A stretch of DNA of 48,075 nt, filler included, from Jimgerdemannia flammicorona (lineage: Eukaryota), in the NCBI GenBank assembly GCA_003990765.1. It is 2 parts of 2 records of this genome, joined end to end, with 100 filler letters (N's around TTAATTAATTAA, not from the genome) between each part and the next. Parts side by side here need not be neighbours in the genome. Positions count along the whole stretch, not along the records: positions 24,089 to 48,075 come from RBNJ01001037.1; 1 more part is not named here. The stretch is one strand, 5' to 3'. Numbering within the stretch: position 1 is the stretch's first letter; every line of letters starts with the position of its first letter. The position numbers and the translations under genes are program-made. Below, one piece after another: positions 37,169 to 48,075 of the stretch. Below the pieces are notes generated by a model that was not told where the DNA came from, made no database searches, and saw nothing but the letters and a program-made list of their open reading frames with translations.

Positions 37169-37709
37169 AATAGTAAATTCAAATTTCTGAATACTGATCA
37201 GATAGTGTTCTCTGATTTGAATTTCTAGAATAGTGAATAAGAAATAATAACTATGTAATATATTTGACAATAGAGAGCAAGCTGATAATCTAATAATAGA
37301 GGATAGTTTAGTAAGAATAGAGAGTGAACTAATAATATATCAATAAAGAATAATCTGACAAAATTAGAATAGAGTGAACTAGCAAGCAAGAATAGAGGAC
37401 AAATTGTAATTTAATAAAATAGGATAATTTAGAAATAGAGGATGATTTAATAAAGAGTAATTTGATAATTTCAATTTGATAATAGAGAAAGATATTGAGT
37501 ATATTGAAGAGGATAAAGATTGGACATTAATAGTTATTGAGTAATATTTTGAAGGTATAATTATTGACCAGATTGTAATATGAATAATTAGAACAAAAAG
37601 CAGTCTTTATTTAGAATTTTAATAAAGTATACTTACAAGAAGCTTTTATAATAGAGGATAACTATATATAATATAAACTATTATTATACTTAATAAAAGA
37701 GATATTAGT

Positions 37710-38164
37710 TATAATAATCTTATAGTTATATTTTAGTTTTAATACTTTTTTACATCTTTTTACTAGTATTTTCTTATTTTTTCTTAAATATTCTACTATA
37801 TTCTAATATCTTCTAAGTACTTAAAAATCTTCTCTTAGTATTAAGATATTATTAGAATATTTTTGTCTTTTTTCAACACTAAGTAGTACTAAATATCTAA
37901 TTATAGAACCTTTTGAAACATTGTTAGTCATCTTTGCTGAGAATCTATTTCTTGATCTTTCTATTCTTTTCCAAGATCTTTTCAGATATTTCTTTCAGAT
38001 CTTATATAAATATCCTTATTCTCTACTTGAATAAAGTTTAGAATATTTACTTCTAGAATTCCTTTAAGAATACTTAAACCTACAAGTATCTCTTCAAGCT
38101 ACTTTAGATCTACTAAAATTACTAGACTTAACTACTTTCTTTTAAAGAAACTAAAACTATTATA
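37710..38164 (+). repeat. 5' LTR of a Gypsy element from the same family as 8656-9118
   Basis: Colinear similarity with 8656-9118 (e.g. TATAAATATCCTTATTCTCTA); followed by PBS-like TAGTAGCAG (decayed TGGTAGCAG, initiator-tRNA-Met type). Confidence 0.8.
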
Positions 38165-41100
38165 CTTAGTAGCAGTAGTATCATTATATCTTATCTTATT
38201 AAGAAATCTCATATAAATTTAGAAACTAGTCAAAACTAGTCACTGTAAGTCCAAATAAATTGTAAAGAACCAGTCTACTGCCTAGATCTCTCTGTAAGTG
38301 TACAATCTCCAAGCCACCAAAATTACATATCATCCTCAGAACCAATTTGAAAACCAAATGCAAGACTACAAAACAAGTTACTGAAGAGATCATCTAGTTA
38401 CACAAAATATGCCAGCAAGCATGAGAACCTATCACTAAGACACAAAAATACTAAAAGAAGTACTACAACCATAAGACTGACTCTGAACCTCTATAACTAG
38501 TTTAGTATACTATACTATTACAAAAGAAAACCAAAAGTACCAAAATAAAACCAAGATAAGAAGAACCCTATCTCATCTATCAAAGATTCATAAACTGCAC
38601 TTATTAACTCAAGACTAAGATATACTGCAACTATACAAGACCTCACTACTTAGCAGAAGTAAAATATATTTGAATAACTCTATTTGCTCTATCTGTATCA
38701 CATCTGTTGGAGAGTGATGGATGCTTCATCTGAACTCAAGAAAGCTGACATCATTGAAACCAATCTTAAGCCATCCATATGATAGATATTACTACTAGAA
38801 ATTGTCTTAGATTATAGAAAATATCATTTCTGAGAGATTTGAACTCCCCAGCCATGACATTGGGAGTTCTTGCCCTAGATAAGGATGGCCAGTCCTCGCA
38901 AATGCACCTGAAGTCTAAAAAAAAAAAGAGAACCAAGACCTGTTATCCTTGTACAACCACCACCACCAAGGATAGTCTTAATCTTACAAGAGATAGAAGT
39001 GACAATACCTTTGAAATTGATGATATCAGAAGTCAGAAAACTGCTCAGACTTTGTCAGAGATAATGTCATTGATGGTGATATTATTGAAAACTATTCAGA
39101 CAACATATAAACCTATAAATAGCTTAGCAGTCATAGCATAGTTAGATTAGCCTTATATAATATGACTGTGAACTGACTCAGCAGTCAGATGATCTCTTGA
39201 CATATCAGATCACACTTGTACTATATGACTGCATTCTGGCTCAGCAAGGCACTAAGTACTACATCTATATCTAGCATAGTTCAGAACTTCCAGAAACCCC
39301 TTCTAGAACTATATAATGGTTACCCTAACAAGTATCTCTCTTATAACTTAGTAACAGCAGTTTACAATTCAATTCTGCTTCAAGATACTTCCTCACCCCA
39401 CTATAAACCTCTCTGAGAATTCCTACAAGTTGATATAAAGCCCAACCTCTGAACTGGAATTTATCCTAAACTATCTGACAATCTGGAGAGAATTGAACCT
39501 GATGTACAAGAACAATTTGACCTCTATACCTACAACAAGTGGGACTAACTTCATTCAAAGAAAGAAGTACTCTGATTAAATTAGCAGATAGGTGAAGCTC
39601 TATTTACTGCTCCTTGCTCTACACCCCACAAGTCAAGACAAAGAAGGTCTTATAGAAGCCTTCTTTACTCTTCTCAACAAGAGTTTTGTCAACTCTACAA
39701 ATCTGAGCAACCTAGGACAATCAGTAGCAGTCTTTCTAGTCTTAGTTCCTCATGAAGCCTAAGCCTCTGTAGCCAAGTAGCTCAACTCTACTGACTTTCA
39801 CCATACCAGAACCAAGACCACATTATACTACTGATTTCAGAACAACAAGGCCTGCCATATTCTTAAGAAAGAAGCAAGAGAAACCCTTTGTCAACAATCT
39901 GACCCTGAACCAGAAGCAGGCTCTACCATAGCTCTATCTGAACCTGAAACCAATACCAAACCAGAACTTGACTTTGAATTAAGTCCATCTGAAATCAGAT
40001 ATACAACTAATTCTGTCTACTTTGATACTAAGTAAACCCAATTACATGGGGACCAAACTGAAGAGAAAGAGGAGTATCTCAGTGAATTCAATTCCAGATA
40101 TACTACTGAAGGAGACATACCTCCATCAGAACAGAATACACCTATATAGTAACAGATAGCTATCTATTGAGCCCTCACTCCAGACCCACAACTACTACTC
40201 CAATAACTTACACAGACTCAAAGAACTCTATCACACTCTGCACCAGTATCTCAAGTAGTACTAGTAACACTACTACTAGCAGCCTAACCACCTCCAGCAA
40301 ACAATATGGCAAATCAACAGATTCTAGACCTTACAGCCCAGATAGCAATAATGGTAGCAACTATTACTACCTTAGCTGAACAGGTCTGATCTACCAAAAA
40401 TCTGAGCCTACCTACCTTCAATGGTATTGCACAAGAAGTTCAAAGCTTCATTAGTATAGTTGACACCAACTTTGAAGCCAATCAATAGACCAATGAGCAA
40501 ATTACTAACTACCTTCTGACAAACAATCAAGACCACACTCTGGAACAACTCTTTGCTATAACTACAGCCTATGTCTGCTAAGTTGTTACATTCTTCCAAG
40601 GACCTGCCAAAGAATAGTGGCAAACCCTTCCTAAAAAACCCCTCACATGGGATACCCAACCTGCAGTAGTTGCTCAAAATACAGCAAACAATGCCCCAGG
40701 ATATAGAGCCCATCCTGCAGCCCCTGGACTAAAATAGCTTATGATTGCTCAATACTATAGTGAGATCATGATTGCTGAATCTTGAGTAAAACTCTGCAAC
40801 CTCAAATTTGATATACATAGCAAGAAAGAATTTGAAACCTTCTGTACAAAACTTAAGTTACTTCTGAACACTATTAGTCTAGGATATATTGCCAATGATG
40901 AAGCACAAAATGGTACAAGAGCAGACCATCTATTTGATGTACTATCTGAATGGCTTATAAGAAAAATCCAAGAACAAAAATGCCCAGTTGGTTGTGATCA
41001 CCAACAATAGTACCTGACAAGAATCAAGACTATGGTCAAGCAAATCCTAACAGCTGGACCAATTCTGCCCTGAAGACAATTCAACAACAAGAAAAAGACT

Positions 41101-41370
41101 TGGACCAAGAAAGAAGAATCCAAGCATGAAGCATCCCAAGCTCCCTCAACATCCACCTTATAGACACCCAGAAATCATGAACTCACTCAGCCAAGTACCT
41201 TCAAGAAACTCACTGAAGGAGAAAGAAATGAACTTTGAAGAAGTGGAGCATACTTCTATTGCTGAAAGACAGGACATATAGCCAGTGCTTGCCCCAACTG
41301 AAAACCCTGAACAGCAACATGAGCAACTATTACTACTCTGTACCACCTCAATAACCTGACCACCAGAATA

Positions 41371-41778
41371 CTAAACTTTATCAAGTTAAGACAAACTGCC
41401 AAGACCCCAACCAAAGGAAGTCAAAAGGCAGCTGGATATGACCTGTATATAGCCAAAGAAGCTACAGTTTCCAACCAAGAAGTCAAGTAAGTCTACATAG
41501 GAATCAGCATCCAAATTCCTAAAGGATATGTTGGAAGAATATACTGTTGCAGCAGCCTAGCTTTGAAAGAACTCTCAGTAGAAGGAGGAGTCATTGATGA
41601 AGATTATACAGGTGAAATTATTGTCCTCATCCGAAACCATAGTTGGACACTCTTCAAGATCTTCATTGACTTCTGTATTGCCCAGATCCTATTTGAGAAA
41701 ATTGAATCAACTCTGACAGTCAAAGAAGTCTCTGAACTACTACCCACCATCTGAGGATCCAAAGAATTTGGCTCATCA
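41371..41778 (+). pseudogene. dUTPase domain located between gag and protease
   Basis: AAGYDLY, CCSSLA (decayed RSSLA), GGVIDEDYTGEI, IAQIL and *GSKEFGSS. Confidence 0.9.
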
Positions 41779-42736
41779 AACAAGGCCCCAGCCCAACCTA
41801 CCATGAGCAAAGAAGAACAATTCTATAAGAAAATCAAAGATGGATATGTACCAAGTGGCTGATGTCTCCATGGCATTGGAATGTACTCTTTCTGAATAAT
41901 TGATAATTACTTCTCTTGTGTCAATGAACTGGCTCAAAGAAGAACTAACAGAAGGAAAGCTCCTACAATCGAAATCACTACCATTGAATCAGACAAACTA
42001 CTTATACTTCAAGCTTTTGTCAACCAAGCACTTGTCAAGATTATGATAGACAGTGGTATCTCAGGTAACTTCATCAATGAAGAAACAGCCAACAGACTCA
42101 AGGTCTTCACCTCTCTAGTATAACAAACTCAAGCAGTTACTACAGCTGATAGAATCTCACATGTTATTAGCAAAGAAGTCTGCAATCTACCCTTATGAAT
42201 TGGTGACTACTGAGTATATGTTACCCTCCAGATCATATCACTTTCTGACAATGAAATCATCCTTGGGACTCCATGGTCGAAATAAGAGAACTCTATGATC
42301 AATTGGGTAAACCATTCTCTGACCATCAAGAAAGGACACCACAACTTCAAACTGCAAGGTAAAAAGGACCCACTCAGCTCCAGTGATCCTGGACCAAAGA
42401 TCACCCATATCAATAAGCTACAGCTCAAGAAATTGGCCAAGAAATGCCCTCTCTTTGCTATTGCCATCTGCCTATCCAAAGAAGAACCTGAGAACTCTGA
42501 AGAAGATTTTTCCAAAGTTGACAGCTATGTCAAACTCTTACTCCAGAAAGTCCAAAACATATTTCTGAACTGAACCACAGAACCACCTGCATCTGTCATT
42601 ATTAATAATTAAGAAGAATACAAAGTTGAACAAATCCTCAACAAATATAGCTACAAGAATCATCCAAATAATACAATAACACTAGAACAAATTAGAAGGC
42701 CCTGATGAGGATGTCAAAAGCTAAGAAGGAGAGAGT

Positions 42737-44229
42737 TATAAGCACACAACCTCCAAGCCACTAAAATCACATGTCATCCTCAGAACCAATTTGGAAACCA
42801 CATGCAAAACTACAAAACAAGTTACTAAAGAGATCATCTGGTTATACAAAATATGCCAGTAAGCATGAGAACCTACCACCAAGACACAAGAATACCAGAA
42901 GAAGTACTATAACCATAAGACTGACTCTGAACCTCTATAACTAGTTTGGTATACTATACTATTACAAAAGAAAACTGAAAGTACCAAAATCAAACCAAGA
43001 CAAAAAGAACCCTATCTCATCCATCAAAGATTTATGAACTGCACTTATCAACTCAAGACCAAGATACACCATGACTATATAAGACCTCACTACTTAGCAG
43101 AAGTAAAACATATTTGAATAACTCTATTTGCTCTATCTGTGTCATCTCTGTTGGAGAGTGATAGACTCTTCATCTGAACTCAAGAAAGCCAACATCATTG
43201 AAACTAATCTCAAGTCATTTATATGATAGATATTACTACTAGAAATTGTCTCAAATTATAGAAAATATTATTTCTGAGAGGTTTGAACTCCCAGCCATGA
43301 CATTGGGAGCCCTTACCCTAGACAAGGATGGCCAGTCCTTGCAAATGTACCAGAAGTCCAAAAAAAAAAAAAAACCAAGACCTGTTATTCTTGTACAACC
43401 ACTGCTACCAAGGACAGTCTTAATCTTGCAAGAGATAAAAGTAATGATATCTTTTGAAACTACTGATATCAGAAGTCAGAAAACTACTCAGACTTTGTCA
43501 GAAATAATATCATTGATGATGATGTCATCAAAGACTACCCAGACAGTATCTAAACCTATAAATAGCTTAGCAGTCATAGTATAGTTAGATTAGTCTTGTA
43601 TGATATGACTGTGAACTAACTCAGCAGTCAGATGATCTCTTGACATATCAGATCATACTTGTACTATGTGACTACATTTCAACTCAGCAAGGTACTAAGT
43701 ACTATATCCATATCTAGTATAGTCTAGATAGCCCCTCACTAGTATAAATACCCCCTCTCCCAGACCTCAGAATCTCAGACTTGAATACATAAGAACACTC
43801 CTGAACACTTTTCCACAATACTCCTTTATACAACTACTCCTAGTATAGCAATATTATGAATAGTGAATAAACCTATTTAATAATCCACAAACCACTCTTA
43901 AGTAAATCCACTCTCTGTTAGGTCCCACTCCTAACCCCATCATGAAATTTCCTAATTGGGTATTGTCTACAGTGATATGTCAATTCAACTAAGCTGGTCT
44001 TAGTTTCTTGAACTTCTTGAAATACAGAAAATCCTGAATATCCAGAACTAGTCCAAAAAAGGACTTTGGTAGAGACATTAACATAATCTAGAAATCAATA
44101 AGCATAAAAGATGTACTCTATATAAAATTGATCTTGACCTTAAGAAAATAGTCTTTCAGAATATCCAGAACTTCTAGAAAACTCTTCCAGAACTATATAA
44201 TGGTTACTCTAATAAGTAATCCTCTTATA
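42737..44229 (+). repeat. 3' LTR of G3 (1.49 kb); the 5' LTR 38293-39345 lacks ~440 bp
   Basis: Direct repeat; segment ~43725-44160 is absent from the 5' copy. Confidence 0.9.
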
Positions 44230-44234
44230 CTCTC

Positions 44235-45400
44235 TGTCACAGAAGAAGCAGATAGTGCAGAACTATAAGTCAATCTGGAGAAAATGATTATCTCCATGAT
44301 CTATCAGATCTAACTACTTCAAGTATAAGTAAAATACCAGAAAATAACAACTATAGCTATGTTACATCCTACTATTGCAATAGTCAGCTTTAAGCTACTT
44401 AAGTCAGATATCTTTAATAATTAGTAAGAAAGACTAATCATAGATATATATATAGATCTTCCAGTTAGACCAATACTTTGAACTTACAAGAATGGAAGAA
44501 GATATATAAGTTCAATTTACTACTATACTTTTCTAAGAAAATATAGCTATCTGATAATATAATTATAATATAACTACTTCTACTTATTCAGATATAAGAC
44601 ATCTTTCAAGGAGACCCTCTACAAGTAGTTTAAGTATATTAATACTACTAAGCTAGTCTGAGATAAGCTAGCAAACATCAAGCAACTTAAGTTTATACAA
44701 AGTTACAATATATAATTTCTGTCAATTCTACTTAAACTACTAGCAATAGCTGAAAATAAAAGATAGATTACTATATCTAAGACCTGAAAGGAAATATATG
44801 AGTTAAGGTTAAGCTGAAGGAGCTACAGACTCTTAATAAAGCCATGAGAATTGCTGATAGGTTTTATATCATTATCTTTAGCAACTACTTTGAACCAAAG
44901 TACTATAAGAAGAATTACTTTGAGAACTATCACAAGAACTAACTCAAAGCAGTTGGCTCAATACTAATAGATCTAGATATTATAAATAAGAAAAATACCA
45001 AGCTTACCCTAGAAGAAAAAGATCATCTGAAGAAATCTAGAGCTTGTTTCTATTGTTATCAAATAGAATACATTGCAACCAAATATCCTAAGAAGATCAG
45101 TAAATCTTCAAGACTAGTCTCTATGTTGTCCAAAGAAATATCTACTAATCTCACTACTAGTCAATCTAAACTCAAGATTAAGAAACTTCATATGAAGGCC
45201 CAGATCTCTCAATATTAATTAGAAGAAGTCATTAGTCTTAACCTATACTCTATCAAGCAAGTCACTATTTCAGCATATAGCTAAACTCTAGTACTTATTG
45301 GAATTATAGTCCAATATCCTAAAGGATATTTTGCTAGAATTATACCACTTAGATGTTAGTACTGGTGTCATTGATTCAGACTATATTAGTGAGACCAAAT
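44235..45400 (+). pseudogene. Gag and truncated dUTPase of the Gypsy element that begins at LTR 37710
   Basis: Continues after the G3 insertion; decayed PMDLD motif, knuckle CFYCYQIEYIATKY (~45045-45086) and dUTPase start LKIKKLHMKAQI..LNLYS..GVIDSDY (45171-45390). Confidence 0.78.
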
Positions 45401-47790
45401 AGCATAACTAAAAATTTCCATAGACTATATTATATCTTGAAAGCAGTCTTAAAAATATCTTCTTTCTTAATATAGACTTAATAATAACTGGTATAAAGGT
45501 CTAATTTAGAAAAGACCTTAGTATATAGGAGTCTATTTAAAATTTTATCTATTCTTAGTAGTAGATACTAGTTCTTGACTATAATCTTATTGAGAGCATA
45601 GTAGTCAATATATATTTATATAGTACTATCTTTTTTCTTAACAAAAGAATAGATACACCATAGGGTGATTTGCTTGGTTGAATGTGTCCTTTGATAGCTA
45701 GGTCTTCTAGTTCCTTTCAAAGGAGTTCTAGTTCAGATTATAATATAAAATATAGTGACTTGTATAGAGGTTCAGAGTCTGAGAGAATTTCAATTTCATA
45801 GTTATACTTCTTTTGAGTAGCAGTTCTATGGACAGATTATCTGAAAAAATGTTTTTGAATTTTTGATCCAAGAGTTGAACTGTCTTTGGAAGATCTTTTC
45901 TTATTTCTGACTTAGAGGATTATATAATTATCAAAAATGCTTATTTATACTTTTTGAAAAGCTTTTTGAATTAGATTATAGAAATAATTTCTACTAGTAC
46001 TTTTATGAGCTTCTTTATTTTCAGTGTGACATTCTTTTCTTTTTTATTTAAAGTGAGTTTGGTTTCTCTCTAATTAATATCAAAGTTGTATAGTGCTAAC
46101 TAGAATTTTTTCAGAATAATATAGTGTCCTTACAGAGGTAAAATATAGAGATTCCATTTTTTGAAGTACTCTTGTATTATATAAAGTAACTTGGCTACTA
46201 TTCTATTAACTTTGTATTCTTTTCCATTAGCTACAGAAATATTGAACTCTACTTATTATGGTAAACTGATAAAAATAACCTTCAGTTCTTTTACTAGCTC
46301 TTTACTAATGAAATTATCAGATATACTACTATTAATAAGAATATCTATTTCTCATTCTTTGACTTTTTCTTTAAATAGTAGTAGGCTGATATTGATGGTA
46401 CTGATATTCTCCTTATAGCTTATACTTTCTATACTTCTAAATCCTTCAGTATCTCAAGTAGTTTCTTCTAAGTTTATAAATTTCTTAATTGTCAATATCT
46501 TGACTTATTCTAGAATTAGTTATACAATCCAGTCTTACTTCTTAATTTCAAAGAGTTGTATATCATTATTGATTAGAAGTACTTTGATTTCTCTATAATA
46601 ATCTGGATCAATTATCTCTATACTTAGATCAATATAGTATTTGGTACTAAGATCTGATCATAGTATAATTCTTCTATAATATCCTTCAGGTATCTGTATG
46701 GCTAGCCTAATAGCTATAAGTTATTACTATCCTACAGAGATTATTATATCTTGAATAGCTGCTAGGTCTAATCCAATTGCTCTTGAGGTTTTTGCTTCTA
46801 GTATAATAGTATTAGAATGTATTTTTTAAATTATCAGATATACTTCTTCAGTTTGAGTAATAGATATTACTATATATTTTTTTAGTAATAGCCAGAGCCT
46901 TCTTTGTTTCTGTCTTATCCTTAGTCTTCTTTAGATATTTAGCAGTGATGTATCCTTCTTCTCAGTAGTAGAAATAGGCTTTGCCTTTATATAATTTTTC
47001 CTTTTTCTCTAATATATGTCTTGATTTGATAATGATATCTAAATCTATTAGAGTGGGTCCTATAATCTTTCTAGATTATCCATATTCTTGTTGGGGCTTC
47101 TTGGGTTATTTAGAGAAATAGTTTCTTCTAAAAGAGATTATATTAAAATAGTCAGTAATCAATATTACTTCTTCAATAGATTTTGAATCTTATAGTTCTA
47201 CTTCTTACCTAGTATAATTCTTGAGTTCTTACATATATCTGTCAAGTTTTTCAGCTTTGCTGATATCATTGATCTTTAAGACTATACTCATAAAGATAGT
47301 AGTATAAGTCTTGACTAATTCTATTTATTGTAGAGATGTCAATTTATCTCTAGTCATCTTTTTTGAGTTGATAGACTTAAACTACTATATAAGTTATTCT
47401 TGAAACTTATTTCAATCTAGGAGGTCTTTCTTCCCTTCTCTGACTACTTGGAATTTTATTTTTCATCAAATAGCTATATCTCCTTATAATAGTACTCCTA
47501 TATAAGCAACTGACTTATTATTTGATATATTTATTATTACCAAATACTAATTTATATTGAAGAGCTAGATTTCAACATTACTACTTCTTTCATTGTAGAG
47601 TTCAGATAGTAATAACTTGAGGTGAGTCTTCTTGATTATAGCAGAGAGATCTACTATTAATTGTTTGTTTTTAGAATCTAATACCTTCTCTATTGCCTAT
47701 ATCTTTACTTATATCTCTTGATAGACCTATATCAGCTGTGCTATTTTTTCTTGGAGCTATTATATATATATCTTCTATAGTAGTCATAAT
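45401..47790 (-). pseudogene. Heavily decayed Gypsy fragment: gag-dUTPase-protease-RT N-terminus
   Basis: Knuckle AYFYY*EEGYITAKY (~46936-46980); dUTPase AIGLDLAA..IIDPDYYREI (~46430-46850); PR ILINSSISDNFIS (~46300-46345); RT HIQPSKSPYG (~45660-45690). Confidence 0.8.
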
Positions 47791-48075
47791 GTTGAAAAGA
47801 GTTTATATATACTATTAAGAGGGTGATATTTAACTTTTCCACTACTATTAATTATAATAATATATATATTATAGAGAAAAATTATACGCGGCGAGGGTAG
47901 TGTGCTGGGAATGGTTAACATTAGACACTTTGAATGGTTGGTGGTGAGGATGGGGAGAGGGTGGGGGGAGTCGCCAGAAATTGGTGGAATGTATCTGTAA
48001 GAAGAGTGAGGGGAGAATTAGGGTGGTGGGTAGGTGGGTTGTCCTTCGGCAGAGAGAGATAGAGAGAAAGGAGAG

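Larger units (their letters stand above)
38293..44229 (+). mobile_element. Non-autonomous LTR element (family G3): gag-dUTPase-Cys/His module-protease-chromodomain stub; no RT, RH or INT core
   Basis: LTRs at 38293-39345 and 42737-44229; 5-bp TSD CTCTC (38288-38292 / 44230-44234); PBS-like TAGTAACAGCAG; PPT at 42724-42735; decayed CCHC knuckle ~41250-41295; PR IMIDSGISGNFI ~42040-42075; EEYKVEQILNK ~42613-42645. Confidence 0.92.

Noticed and set aside
37170..37709. AT-rich segment with recurring AATAGAG words
   Set aside because: Too decayed to define a repeat unit or a product.
47886..48075. CpG-containing purine-rich end, possibly an exon on the minus strand
   Set aside because: Too short and cut by the window edge; no recognisable product.

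Overview
Eukaryotic, fungal-looking genomic scaffold. The gene style and TE set suggest an early-diverging fungus such as a Mucoromycota species; this is inference. A ~7 kb CpG-normal gene island (16.7-23.75 kb) holds a 10-exon BFR2/AATF gene (+), a convergent Saf4/Yju2-family (CCDC130/YJU2B) splicing-factor gene (-) and two spliced gene relics. It sits between two nests of decayed retrotransposons that have lost almost all CpG through C>T/G>A transitions. The left nest has a chromodomain Ty3/Gypsy element split by a full-length L1/Tx1-type LINE with a 16-bp TSD, plus a second LINE. The right nest has a Ty1/Copia element split by a full-length 8.8 kb Gypsy, a younger inverted copy of that Gypsy, a nested non-autonomous Gag-dUTPase-protease LTR element and two more dUTPase Gypsy fragments. 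Main points of interest: (1) a ~280-aa unknown ORF wholly inside the U3 of a 1.5 kb LTR; (2) four dUTPase-bearing Gypsy elements in two domain orders, two of which share an unnamed ~40-aa Cys/His module next to the dUTPase; (3) RIP-like, repeat-restricted transition hypermutation with sharp borders; (4) a tandem TGACGTCA element shared by two otherwise unrelated LTRs. A 100-nt N gap with a stop-linker lies at 23989-24088. All calls are from manual reading and translation.
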